From: a virus
DNA length: 64,000 bases
Reading direction: 5' to 3' (one strand)
Virus record (IMG/VR): IMGVR_UViG_3300036859_000864
Span: 32,001-96,000 of that record
The notes beneath the pieces are model-generated. The model was given only the letters and a program-made list of their open reading frames with translations, was not told the origin of the DNA and searched no databases. Of the stretch, positions 40,383 to 51,026 are shown piece after piece. Within the stretch, counting starts at the first letter, position 1, and every line of letters starts with the position of its first letter. A program made the position numbers and the translations under genes.

Positions 40383-40765
40383 CACTTTCTCCATTCGATC
40401 CAAGCTCGATCGATCTCGAGCGGTAACTGTTCGGTGGATACGCCCACCGTCTTGAGAACTCCCCGTAGAACGCCCCACTCTTGATCGATGATTTCGTCAA
40501 GATACTCGTCTTCCGAGTCGCTCTCGATAGCCCCTACGCCGGCGCTCGTGAGCGTCTGAGGGACTCCTTCGATGGCAACCTCGGCCTCGGCGTAGACGCG
40601 CATGAAGTCGAACTCATCGCGCTCGTAGGCGGCAAGGCCGTCCTCGTTCAAGTACGAGGTGTCCGGGCTCGAGTCCGGCGTGAAGATCACGCGCACGGCG
40701 CGCAGCTCCGCACGTGGCCTGCGTGAGGCAGCCTCGACGACGCGGCGTCGCGGGGGAGAGCTCAT
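40382..40765 (-). CDS. acidic hypothetical protein with Arg-rich N-terminus
   Basis: MSSPPRRRVVEAASRR...PDTSYL...GAIESDS. Confidence 0.65.
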   Translation of the reverse strand: MSSPPRRRVVEAASRRPRAELRAVRVIFTPDSSPDTSYLNEDGLAAYERDEFDFMRVYAEAEVAIEGVPQTLTSAGVGAIESDSEDEYLDEIIDQEWGVLRGVLKTVGVSTEQLPLEIDRAWIEWRK

Positions 40766-40810
40766 CTTGTAACCTCAGTGTCCGCGAGCCTACGCGGGGC
40801 GTCAAGCCCT

Positions 40811-41080
40811 TCAAAATCCGAAGTATTCCTTGTGGAAACCGTTGAATACCTGTTCGGCATGTGAGCCGCGGGGGCCGGAGTATTCGCGGACGGTACGGCC
40901 ATCCTTCGAAACGTTGACCGCGAAGGTGTTCGATTTCGCAAACATGACGACGCTGACGGTGTGCCCACAGAGCGTCGCAGCCTCGAGCCACCAGGTGCCA
41001 TCTACATCTTCGAGCAGATCGATCGAACGGATGTCGTAGAGCCGAATGTCGTGCGGGTTCGGGGAGGGGATCGTGTTCAT
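40811..41080 (-). CDS. hypothetical protein
   Basis: 89-aa ORF, first gene of the minus-strand block. Confidence 0.5.
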   Translation of the reverse strand: MNTIPSPNPHDIRLYDIRSIDLLEDVDGTWWLEAATLCGHTVSVVMFAKSNTFAVNVSKDGRTVREYSGPRGSHAEQVFNGFHKEYFGF

Positions 41081-41182
41081 GGCTCGAAAGACGCCCGGCC
41101 ACTTTTAGATCTGACATTGAAAAAGGGGAGGGAAGAACAGTTGCCCGGCTCGCGTAGATGGTGTACGAAAGGTGAATAGACA

Positions 41183-41680
41183 GTGAATCAGCCCGTCGAA
41201 CAGATCGTGCAGAAGAGCTTGCCGTTTACAGCCTCGGAAGATTCGGATTCCGGCCCTCGCGCCGAATTGCGGAGCCCGGCCGTTACGGTCGCCTTCATGC
41301 TCGCCGGAAACGCTCACGTAACGTTTCAGAGTCGACGGACCGGCACTCGATTCACGTATCGCGTCCGGGCGGCTAACAGCCATTCGAGTCAGGGTGAGGC
41401 GCCGTACTTCGTGGCCGTTCTGACCGGACCCGACAACTACGAGTACCTCGGGTGCATCTACCGCCGAACGAACTACGCTCACGGTCGAAAGAGTCACATC
41501 TCGACGGAGGCGCCGAGCGCGGTCGCGTTCGGGTGGGTGTGGCGGTACCTCACCTCGGGGCGCATGCACCCCGATCTCGCCATCTACCACGAGGGGCGTT
41601 GTGGGGCGTGCGGGCGCCGGCTTACGGACCCGACGTCGATTGAGACTGGCTTGGGCCCCAAATGTCGGGGCGAGCGATGA
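41183..41680 (+). CDS. DUF6011 domain protein
   Basis: HEGRCGACGRRLTDPTSIETGLGPKC. Confidence 0.85.
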   Translation: MNQPVEQIVQKSLPFTASEDSDSGPRAELRSPAVTVAFMLAGNAHVTFQSRRTGTRFTYRVRAANSHSSQGEAPYFVAVLTGPDNYEYLGCIYRRTNYAHGRKSHISTEAPSAVAFGWVWRYLTSGRMHPDLAIYHEGRCGACGRRLTDPTSIETGLGPKCRGER

Positions 41681-43406
41681 AAAAGGGAGGCTCGAATTCA
41701 CCGGCGAAGATCGCCGAGAAGATCACCGCTGGGTACTTCGACGGGAACGAGACCAAATCTGTTCTCGATCTCAAGAACGCGATCGTCGAAGCGATTCAAA
41801 AGGAACGGATTTCCAAGCTCCGCTCGATGAGGCGTCTTCGTGCGCATTACGTGAAGCTTCTCGTGGAGGCCAGAGACCCGTGACCTACTACCCGCTCGGG
41901 AGAGGCGAGGACATGAGCGAAGGCGAGTACCAGTATCAGATGGCTCTGTGCGACGCCGCCGGCAATGAAGACGCGATCTACGAGAGCAGCTCGCTTCATC
42001 CGTTAGAAGAGCCTCTTTCTCCGGTGCCGGAAGGCTTCTGGCGCGTTCGAGGAGGTGCGCTGCTCGAAATCGCGAAGATGTCGACGGAGCATCTCAAGAA
42101 CGCGATCAACTACTTCGAGCGCAACGACGGTGGTAGGCACTCGAAGATCGAAGAGCTCCGCGCGGAGTTGGAGCGCCGGACGTGATACCGTCGCCGAAAC
42201 TGTTCAACGCCGTGATGTGTTTCGCGGTGTGCCTACCTTGCCTCTTGGTGCAGATAGCGTGGGTGAGAGGCTTCTGTGGGCCATGGCTCGTACGAAACGT
42301 AAACCGCTTCGCTACCGTGGTGTGGGTCATGAGTACGATCGTGGACGCGACGGCAGGCTTGCGTTTGCACACGGCGATGGATCTACTCGTAGTTTTCGTG
42401 GGACTCCGTAACTGGAATCTCCCGAAAGACGACGAACCGCCTCGACGCCGGCGCAAGCTCGAGAAGAAAACCGAAGCAAAGAGCGGGTTCGATTGGACAG
42501 GCGCGGAGCCTGCAAGGGGAACGGCATGAAATCGAGAAATAAAATCATGTGGCTCGTCGTCGTGGGGCTCATCGGCTGGGGGCTTCTTCGACCGCAAGTA
42601 GCCGGAGCGGGCGCGGGCGCCGGTATCTTCCGTGAGGATTCGGTGCGTACCGACGGCGTGGTCTTCACGCGCGTGCGTGACACGACGGAGCATCGCGTCT
42701 GCTACGTCTTGAGCGCGCAGGGCGGAGCTTGGTGGTTCCAAGGTACGGCCACCTTGAACACGGCGAACTTTCAATGTTTCCCGGAGGCCAGCGCGAAATG
42801 AAAAAGCAGACCTGGCGTCAGTGGGTGCGCTTGTGCTTGAACGACCCGTCGAGCCCGACGCTCCTCAAGAAAGGGTCGCTCGCCGCGCTCACAGGGCAAG
42901 ACGAGCGCGCGTTGAATGCGATAGTGGCGTGCCTCGAGCTCTACTCGAACAGCGACGCCGCCGGCGAATGCGGTGCGCTCGCGGCGCTCCGGGCGCTTCT
43001 CCCTGCGATGCAACCGAGCACGCGGTTGATCGCGCGAGAGCTCATTCCGTTCGTGCTCGATTGGCAAGACCGCCAACGGTTGTGGCCTCTCATCGCCCAA
43101 CCTTCCGATCAAGGGCTGCAACCAGACTTCCGCAGTTTCGCCCCGTAGGAAAGATGACCGTCGAACAAGTACAGCACGCCATGAACTGCGCAGAACGCAA
43201 TCACTACGTGGGGTACCGCGGCGCTGCCGGTGCGGCGTTGACGATCCCCATCTTTCAGGGATCACGAGCGTTCACGTGGCGCGGCGAGGTTCGACTGCTG
43301 ACCCCGTACGTGCCTCGTCATCCAAGAATCCGAGGAAGATTGCCCGCCCCCGGCGCGTAGAATCTCTCAGTCTCAGAATAATCGTCGAAAGGCCCGGCAT
43401 TCTCCC

Positions 43407-44918
43407 ATGACTGTTACCGTCAAAGATCTCTCCGCCGACCAGCTCGGGGCGTACAACACCATCGTCGGTTGGATGAGGGCCAACGGCCCCGGCAGTGGTT
43501 CCGGTGTGCTCACGCTCGGCGGTTACGCCGGGAGCGGAAAGAGCACGCTCGTCAGCCTCATCGCGGCGCAGGTCGAGCTCCCGGCGTTCTGCGCGTACAC
43601 GGGCAAGGCCACGTCGATTCTTCGACGTAAGCTCAAGGCGGCGGGCACCGCGACCGTCGGCACGCAGCCGCGCAGGGATGGGATGCAATCGGGGGACATG
43701 CGCCCCTACTGCGGGACGATCCACTCGCTCATCTATCGGCCGTGTGACTGTCGCGAGCCGAAGACCGTCGAAATCGCGAAGCCGTGCTCCGACGCCGACT
43801 GCGTAGGCGAGGTAGCGTGGAGTACGGATGAGGTCGACGGAAAGACGCAGTACATGTGCGCGAACGGCCACAGCGCGGATCTCACTGAGGAGACATTCGC
43901 GGCGCTCAAGCCGGCGAAGAAGTTCGTCTACGTGAAAAAGAATGAAGAGGGGCGCTGCGAGCTCTGCGGCGGCAAGGAATGGCTCCGCCGTGAGGTGCTC
44001 GATCGCAACTACGGTCTGATCATCGTGGACGAGGCGTCGATGGTCGACGACGCGATGCTCCGCGATCTCCGCAGCTACAACGTGCCGATCTTGGCGGTCG
44101 GCGACCACGGGCAGCTCCCGCCGGTCGGCGGCGTTGGCAGCCTCATGAAGGAGCCCAACCTTCGCCTCGAGAGGATCCACCGTCAGGCTGAGGGGAACCC
44201 GATCATTGCACTCAGCAAGTTGATTCGTGAGGACGGCAAGCTCCCCGAGAAAATGGACGGGGATGCCGTGACCTTCGAGAAGCTCCGTTTCATGGATCAG
44301 CTCATCGAGTCCCGCTACGAAAACGCTTCCCCCGCGCGGCTGCTCGAGATGGGCCTCGCCTGCTACACGAACCGCCGGCGCGTCGGCCTGAACGTCGCCG
44401 TCCGCCGAGCGCGGGGCACGGCGCGCGTCGGCCGTGAGCTCCCCCGCAAGGGCGAGCACGTCATCTGTCTCCGCAACATGAAGGCCGAAGGCGGGCGTCC
44501 GCCGGTGGCGAACGGCATGCGCGGCGTGCTCCAGAGCGATGTCGAGTTCAAGCAGAACTTCAACTACCGTGGCGAGAAGCTCAACGTGAGCGAGACGCAG
44601 GTCGCCGGCTCGATCGCGTTCCCCGAGGACGATATCGCAACGCACCAGTACACGATGCTCGCGGCGCAGTTCTGTCGCGAGAAGACGTTCTCGAGCCCCG
44701 AGGAACTCGCGAAGGAGACGGGCATCCACTCATTCTCGTCCGCCGGCGCGCTCTTTGATTTCGGCTATGCGATGACCGTGCACAAGATGCAAGGCAGCCA
44801 GTTCGACGATCTGGTGGTCGTCGCCGAGCGCCCCGGGCCCGTCGGCACGGAAGACTGGCGCCGCTGGCTGTACACCGCCGTGACGCGCGCATCTCACAGA
44901 TTGACGGTGCTCCGGTGA
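43407..44918 (+). CDS. RecD/Dda-like SF1B DNA helicase with Cys-rich insertion
   Basis: LSADQ, GYAGSGKST, AYTGKA, TIHSLIY, IIVDEASMV, VGDHGQLPPV, IHRQA, GYAMTVHKMQGSQFD, WLYTAVTRA. Confidence 0.93.
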   Translation: MTVTVKDLSADQLGAYNTIVGWMRANGPGSGSGVLTLGGYAGSGKSTLVSLIAAQVELPAFCAYTGKATSILRRKLKAAGTATVGTQPRRDGMQSGDMRPYCGTIHSLIYRPCDCREPKTVEIAKPCSDADCVGEVAWSTDEVDGKTQYMCANGHSADLTEETFAALKPAKKFVYVKKNEEGRCELCGGKEWLRREVLDRNYGLIIVDEASMVDDAMLRDLRSYNVPILAVGDHGQLPPVGGVGSLMKEPNLRLERIHRQAEGNPIIALSKLIREDGKLPEKMDGDAVTFEKLRFMDQLIESRYENASPARLLEMGLACYTNRRRVGLNVAVRRARGTARVGRELPRKGEHVICLRNMKAEGGRPPVANGMRGVLQSDVEFKQNFNYRGEKLNVSETQVAGSIAFPEDDIATHQYTMLAAQFCREKTFSSPEELAKETGIHSFSSAGALFDFGYAMTVHKMQGSQFDDLVVVAERPGPVGTEDWRRWLYTAVTRASHRLTVLR

Positions 44919-45286
44919 ACGGGCGCGCCCTCCGAGGGCGCCTCGTCACGAACGACGAGGCGGTTCAAGCGAAGGGGCAGCACCGGCGCCCTTGCTCGGA
45001 CTGCCCTTGGGCGCGCGCGTCGCTCAACGGGTGGCTCGGCACCGCCACGCCGGAGGAGTGGGTTCAAACAGCCCACGGCGAGGCGCGCATCGAGTGCCAC
45101 ACGAAGAAGGGCGCGCAGTGCGCAGGCGCCGCCATCTACCGCGCGAACGTCTGCAAGTCGCCGCGCGATCAGACGCTCCTTCGGCTCGAGAGTGACAAGA
45201 CGCGGGTGTTCGCGGCGCCGAGCGAGTTCCTCGAGCACCATCACGCACCGCCGACGGCCAGGAAGAGGCTGAAGGTGTTGCGATGA
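44915..45286 (+). CDS. DUF6283-like Cys-rich protein
   Basis: PCSDCPW...ECH...QCAGA. Confidence 0.55.
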   Translation: MNGRALRGRLVTNDEAVQAKGQHRRPCSDCPWARASLNGWLGTATPEEWVQTAHGEARIECHTKKGAQCAGAAIYRANVCKSPRDQTLLRLESDKTRVFAAPSEFLEHHHAPPTARKRLKVLR

Positions 45287-45951
45287 CATCCAAGACGAAC
45301 GCCGAAAACGAGAAATTGGATGAGGCCCGCAAAGACGCGATCGTATGTGCCGTTGCCGATGCTTGGGCGTGTATGCCGTCTCTGATCCGAAATTCCATAC
45401 GCCATCTACTCGGCTCCGACGTCGATTCACTACCGGACGCGCTCGATCGTCTAGAAGGCATCACTCGATCGAACTTGGGCCGAAAGTTCAAATCACGATG
45501 ACACACGACGACGAGAAAACCGTGCCGTGCGAGACGTGCGGGTTGGACACGACGAAAACGGGCACCAAGCGCTGCGATTGGTGTTGGACGGTCGAGAATC
45601 TTCTCGACGGCTACCTTCAACGGGGCGGACGAAACGCGCAGAATGTGCTCGTTAACGCTCTCTCACGCGCAGGCGCGACGACCGTTCGAGAGGCGCAAGT
45701 TCGAGCGGTCCAGTTCGTACGGAATCTGACGCCGGTGAGCATCGATAGAGTCACCGGCGATTTGCGCGACGGGAAGGTGCACCTGTGAGGGCCTCCCTTC
45801 TTGCCGAGCTGTCGGATCTGTTCTTGCGCGAAGCGAGCCGTGCGCTCAAACGCAGCGACTTCGACGAGTCCGAACGTCTTTGGGATATCTCGGACGAGCT
45901 ACACCAGCGCAAGGTTGATACCGAGCGCGCCGAAGCGGGGAGGCCAGTTCA

Positions 45952-46671
45952 ATGACGGGCATTGAAAACGAATCGGGTGTGCGGTTGCGCGACGTGTCGA
46001 TCTCCGTTTCGTTCCCGGAGATGCGAATCGATACGGAGGCGGAGCATGGACGTTACGTGCGTGCGGTAAATGTAACGGTCTACACCGAAGACGATGATGA
46101 CGGTCGGACTGTTCTAGGTTACCTAGAGTGCCTTCTATTCGATGCTGAAAGCGCCGATGCCGATGAGAAGACTATGTGGAGCGAGGCCGATTCCGACTCC
46201 GAATCCGCCGAGTTCCATGAGTTTCTTTTCTCTCGCTTGGATTTTATACGAGGCCGTATTCTTCATCGAATATCGCCAGAAGATTACGTCGACGACGATG
46301 ATGCGGAAATGTGCGATAGCTGGGAGCTCTGCAACGTCTTGGCTGTCAACGGTGGATGGTGGGTGTGCCGTCCGGATGTTTTAGCGCATGTGATACGTCA
46401 TCTGTTACGCTCGATCAAATTCAGCTTCGTGTGTATCGATACGGCGCACATTCGTACCGTCAGGTGCATCGATTGGCGCAGCGTCGACGCGCCGAAAACG
46501 CCGATTAGATTGTGCGAACCTTTCAAGAAGATCGTGTGGAGCGAAACGGCAAATCTCGCGGACGGCCTTCAAGATCGTTTTTTCTGGATCGCCGCGCTGT
46601 TTGGCGACCGTGAATGTGACTTGCCAGAGATGTGCGACGACGAAAGAGTCCAGATTGGAGCGTTGAATTGA
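45952..46671 (+). CDS. acidic hypothetical protein, lower GC
   Basis: 239-aa ORF, visibly more AT-rich than its flanks. Confidence 0.6.
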   Translation: MTGIENESGVRLRDVSISVSFPEMRIDTEAEHGRYVRAVNVTVYTEDDDDGRTVLGYLECLLFDAESADADEKTMWSEADSDSESAEFHEFLFSRLDFIRGRILHRISPEDYVDDDDAEMCDSWELCNVLAVNGGWWVCRPDVLAHVIRHLLRSIKFSFVCIDTAHIRTVRCIDWRSVDAPKTPIRLCEPFKKIVWSETANLADGLQDRFFWIAALFGDRECDLPEMCDDERVQIGALN

Positions 46672-48314
46672 TGGCCGGCTTTCGCATCCGTCAAATCGAG
46701 AACTCGGCGCTCTGGTCGATCGGCGCGGGCTATTACAGCCCCAAGCTCAATCAGGTCGCTAGAACCGTTCCCGGTGTGACCTTCGACGTGAAGCGCAAGG
46801 CGCACGTCGGGTACATCGACGGCATCGAGCAGGTCGCGCTCCGATTGCGCGAGCTCAACTTGAACACGGACGACCCGCCCGCGAACAGGCGGAAGTGGCC
46901 TCACAATCTGCCCGTCTCGTACGACAGCGCGCGCGAGTACCAGAAGGAGGGGATCGATTTTCTCGTCAATCAGGCGGGCTCTGGGGCGCTGCTCTGCGAC
47001 GACATGGGCATCGGCAAATCGTTCCAGACCGTCAAGGCGGTGCGTGCCTTCAGACGAAAGACGATCATCGTGTGCGAAGCCCACGTTCGAGGGGTGTGGG
47101 AGCGTTCGCCGGAGCTCGACGACAAGGGCGGCGAGCTCGCGAAGTGGTGGCCGAAGGCGGAGGTGTTCAAGCCGTACGGGGTCAAGCCGTCACCGGTGCC
47201 GCCGAAGGCCGACGTCGCCGTGATCCACTACGACATCATTTACGCTTGGGTCGACGCGCTGCTCGAGTGGTCGAAGGGTGACCTGACGATCGTCTTCGAC
47301 GAGTTTCAGGTACTCCTCAACCCAACCAGCAGGCGATCCATCGCGTGCCGTACGCTGGCACACACCGCGAAGGGTCGAATCGGACTGAGCGGCACGCCGC
47401 CGGTCGACAAGATCAAAAATCTGCACAACGCCGTCGATACGATCTGCCCGGGGCGCTTCGGAGAGTTCTTCCCGTTTTGCATGCGCTACGCGGACGCACA
47501 GCAGAAGGAGGTCGACGGGCCTGAGAAGACGAAGAAGATCGTGTGGGATTTCTCGGGGAGATCCAACACTAAGGAGCTCCGTCAACGTCTCGATTGGTTC
47601 TGCCTCCGACGCACGAAACGGGAGGTCATGAAAGAACTTCCGGCGCTGCAACGGCAGATCGTCGACGTCGAGGTGCCGGCGAAGCACCGCATCGCGATGA
47701 ACGCGCGACTGGTCGGCGACCAGCGCCAGATGCGCATGGCGCTTGATAGTGCCGCGGATGGGAAGTTCAAGAGCGTCATCGAGTTGATCCGTGGGCATCT
47801 CGAGGCCGGACAGCGGGTCGTCGTCGGAACCTTCCGTCGGGCAGTCTGCGAGCGCATCGCCGACGTCATCGGTGAGTACGCGCCCACGCAGTTCATCCAC
47901 GGCGGTGTGTCGCTCACACGGCGCAACAAGATCGTCGCCGATCTCCACCGCACGGAAGGGCCGGTGTGTCTCGTCGCGAACATCGATAGCACCAAGACGG
48001 GCATCGATTTCACGTTCGCGAACGTGGGCGTCTTCGCCGAGCTCGTGTGGGAGCCGCACGAGTTGGCGCAGTGGGAGGCACGCGCGCATCGCTTCGGCGC
48101 ATCCCTCAAAGAGCCCGTGCTCATGCAGTACGTCATCGCGCGCGGCACCGGCGACGAGCTCATCCTTCACGCCGTCATCAACAAGCTCGACAACTTCCTC
48201 GATCTAGTCGAGACCGACGCCGGCGACGGGCTCAAGGAAGCGCTCGCTGGCAAGAAGGACGAGGGCCTCTCGAGGCTCGCTGCCGCACTCAAGAAGATGG
48301 GGAAGAGCCGATGA
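46671..48314 (+). CDS. SNF2-family helicase (HARP-like)
   Basis: REYQKEG, LLCDDMGIGKS, VFDEFQ, LSGTP, LRRTKREVMKELP, GIDFT, QWEARAHRFG. Confidence 0.9.
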   Translation: MAGFRIRQIENSALWSIGAGYYSPKLNQVARTVPGVTFDVKRKAHVGYIDGIEQVALRLRELNLNTDDPPANRRKWPHNLPVSYDSAREYQKEGIDFLVNQAGSGALLCDDMGIGKSFQTVKAVRAFRRKTIIVCEAHVRGVWERSPELDDKGGELAKWWPKAEVFKPYGVKPSPVPPKADVAVIHYDIIYAWVDALLEWSKGDLTIVFDEFQVLLNPTSRRSIACRTLAHTAKGRIGLSGTPPVDKIKNLHNAVDTICPGRFGEFFPFCMRYADAQQKEVDGPEKTKKIVWDFSGRSNTKELRQRLDWFCLRRTKREVMKELPALQRQIVDVEVPAKHRIAMNARLVGDQRQMRMALDSAADGKFKSVIELIRGHLEAGQRVVVGTFRRAVCERIADVIGEYAPTQFIHGGVSLTRRNKIVADLHRTEGPVCLVANIDSTKTGIDFTFANVGVFAELVWEPHELAQWEARAHRFGASLKEPVLMQYVIARGTGDELILHAVINKLDNFLDLVETDAGDGLKEALAGKKDEGLSRLAAALKKMGKSR

Positions 48315-48798
48315 GCTTTCGCGACAAGACGCTGGGCGAGCTGTTCCCGAACGCGGTAGGGGCGTTGGCCGCGGACATTCATGCTCGGAGTGCTACTCGT
48401 GACTGTCGTAGTGACGGGCGGGATCCTCGTGAGCTCCGTGGTGTTTTTGGGCGTCTACGGACCCGTGTGCCTCAGCATCGGAGCCTTGATCTACGCCATA
48501 GGCGCTGCGGTGTACGGCGATCTCCAAGATCTGAAACGGAAGAAACCATGAGCGAGAAAAACACCGCGACCGTCTACACCATTCGCGTGAACATGACGCC
48601 GATGAGTGCTTCCACACGCATCAACGTGGAGGGCTCGACGATCAAGAGCTACTACATGAACGAGGTGGTGGCGTCGGAGGCCGTGATCTCGGCTCTGGCT
48701 GCCGTAGCCCAGCGCATCGCACGCAAAGAGATCGACGCCGGCGACGGCTTCACCGTCAAAGTGGAGTTCGTGACGGTACCGCCCGACAAGGAGAAACC

Positions 48799-49059
48799 GT
48801 GAGACGATCATTCGCAAAGTTCACCGAGCGGCTCGAAGAGATCGATCTTCGCCGCGGTGTCGAGTCGCGCTCCGTGAAAATGCACGTCACGCTGCGTGAG
48901 CTCTACGAGGGAGAGGGGCGAGAAACTTCGATCGCCACTGCCCGGCGTGTCGTCTACCTGTGGCTCGTGGGGGAGGGCAAAGGTATCAACGAAATCGCCA
49001 GGCTCTTCGATCGAGCTCCGAGCGGCGTGAGCAAACTGATGCGAGAGAAAGGAGCCTGA
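48799..49059 (+). CDS. DnaA C-terminal-like helix-turn-helix protein
   Basis: ARRVVYLWL...INEIARLFDRAPSGV. Confidence 0.6.
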   Translation: MRRSFAKFTERLEEIDLRRGVESRSVKMHVTLRELYEGEGRETSIATARRVVYLWLVGEGKGINEIARLFDRAPSGVSKLMREKGA

Positions 49060-49582
49060 CAGATGCCGGAAGTGACACACATCGAAGGGCGATTGCTCCG
49101 TCCGATAGCGTGCTCTTGCGTGTACCAGTGCCGAAGCCGCGAGGAGATGCGTATGCGTCACGGCGACCCGGAGCAATTTGCCGACTCACTGGCCAACGCG
49201 CTCGGAGAGATCTCGTTCGAAGAGGCCGAACGCGCGAATCTTAAGTACCGAGAGGAGTGGGCGAACGCTCCGGAAAAAACGGAGGTCGACAAATCATGAA
49301 GCCAGGCATGTTCGTGTGGCGAAAAAGCGGACGCGCATGGGTTGCGGACATCGGCAAGCTGTCGCTGATCGTGAACGAGCGTGGCAGTTTGAAAACCGGT
49401 CTTCGTTGGCGCGTCGTTTCTATTTTCGGGGCTCAGTCCTTCAAAATGGGCGGCACGCAATGGCGTGACAGGCTCGAGGATGCGCTCCTCGAAGCTGAAA
49501 GTTACGCGGTGGCGGTAGGGATCCCCGCCCTCCGCAAATTAGGAGAGGCCACAGCGGCGCGCAGCGTACTGCGAGATTCGCG

Positions 49583-50257
49583 ATGAGAAACTCCAAGCCG
49601 GGCACTATCCTGACGTACGAGCAGGTCGTCACGGCGCTCCGTGAGGCCAAGCGGCTCGGGGACTGCGTACCCGAAGACATCGAGGGCACCGCGCGCGCCA
49701 TCATCGACGGACGTTTGCAGAAGCCCTACCACGTTGTGGTTCGCATGCCAGAACCTCAGCCGAGCGACAGCGTTCGTCTGGAAGACACGATCGACGCACT
49801 GAAAACGTTCACTCTCGGCTCTTGGGGTGCGAAGAGCGCCGTCGTGCGTCAGGAGACTGAAAAAGTGATCGCCGGGTCGCGGCCGGAAGAGTTCGCCGGC
49901 GCCATCGGCGATTGGGTGGCGGCGCATTTCCAGTTCATGCGCGATCCGGCTCTGGCCGAGGTAGTGCCGACCCCAGAGTGGATGATGACTCAAATCGCTG
50001 CGTGCGGTCATTGCCTAGCCGACGGAGACGACGTAGCTGTTCTCGTTGCGGCAATGTGCTTGTCGGTCGGACTGGAAACACAGTTCGTGGCCGTAGGTTT
50101 CGACGGGAAGCCGCCCTCGCACGTCTTCACTCGCGTAAAAAAGCCGACGGGCTTGGATTTGTGGATCGCCATCGATCCGATCGCCGGGAAGCGATTCGAA
50201 GAGTTTTCCAAGCGCGTGACCGATTCGCGCATCTTTCCGATCGAGGAGGGCTCATGA
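49583..50257 (+). CDS. transglutaminase-like domain protein (catalytic Cys apparently replaced)
   Basis: FMRDP...E.V.TP...ADGDDVAVLVAAM..SVG...SHVF.RV...WIAIDP. Confidence 0.7.
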   Translation: MRNSKPGTILTYEQVVTALREAKRLGDCVPEDIEGTARAIIDGRLQKPYHVVVRMPEPQPSDSVRLEDTIDALKTFTLGSWGAKSAVVRQETEKVIAGSRPEEFAGAIGDWVAAHFQFMRDPALAEVVPTPEWMMTQIAACGHCLADGDDVAVLVAAMCLSVGLETQFVAVGFDGKPPSHVFTRVKKPTGLDLWIAIDPIAGKRFEEFSKRVTDSRIFPIEEGS

Positions 50258-50651
50258 CCGACGAAGACGAGATCATCCAAGCTGTCGCGGAACTTCTCCA
50301 CGAGTCTCGAGAAGACGAGTACACGGACATTCGACGCAGCTTTTGGATCAATGGACGTTGCGAGCATTGCGGGAAACCGCGTGCTGACAGCAATGCGCTC
50401 CAATGTGAAAGCTGCGGCGGGGCGACCGTAAGCCGAAGCAACACCTCTCCCGGCAAGAAAGTGCGCGCGCCGATCGCACAGTGGTGGGATATCGTACCTC
50501 CAGGTGACGGCGCCGCATTCCCGATACTCGTCGTGGCCAACCGCGTCGCTTTGGCTTGGGCTACGTGCGGGCTCTTTTCGGTCTTCGATCGATGGGATGA
50601 CGCGCGGAAGGCGCTCGAGGAGCACAAGTTCGTGTGCACGAAGGCGCCGCC

Positions 50652-51026
50652 GTGAGCCACACCTGCCACGCGCCTGACTGCAAGGAGCTCGTGCCGCAAC
50701 GCATGTTCGCGTGCCGTTGGCATTGGAGCCGGCTCCCTAGCAAAGTCATGGACGCGATCTGGCGCGAGTACACCGAGGGGCAAGAGATCAGCAAGACCCC
50801 GAGCCGGCGCTACATGGCCGTACAGCAGCTCGCGTGCGCCTACCTCGTGTTCAAGCCGAACAACGCGAAGGCAGTGCTCAAGGCGCTGCCATACATCGCG
50901 AAGGCGTTCGAGCACTCCAAGAAGTGCATCGCAGAGGGGCTCGGTGACCCGCTCGAGGGGCTCATCCCGAAAGAGTGGCCGACGAAGACGGTAGTGAAAG
51001 CGCACGCGAAAGCGAAGAGGCTGTGA
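50652..51026 (+). CDS. zinc-binding phage protein
   Basis: HTCHAPDC..VP..MFACRWHWSRLP. Confidence 0.65.
   Translation: MSHTCHAPDCKELVPQRMFACRWHWSRLPSKVMDAIWREYTEGQEISKTPSRRYMAVQQLACAYLVFKPNNAKAVLKALPYIAKAFEHSKKCIAEGLGDPLEGLIPKEWPTKTVVKAHAKAKRL

Noticed and set aside
43735-43990. Intein in the helicase
   Set aside because: It is short and lacks the C-terminal HN-[CST] splice motif; it looks like a zinc-binding insertion.
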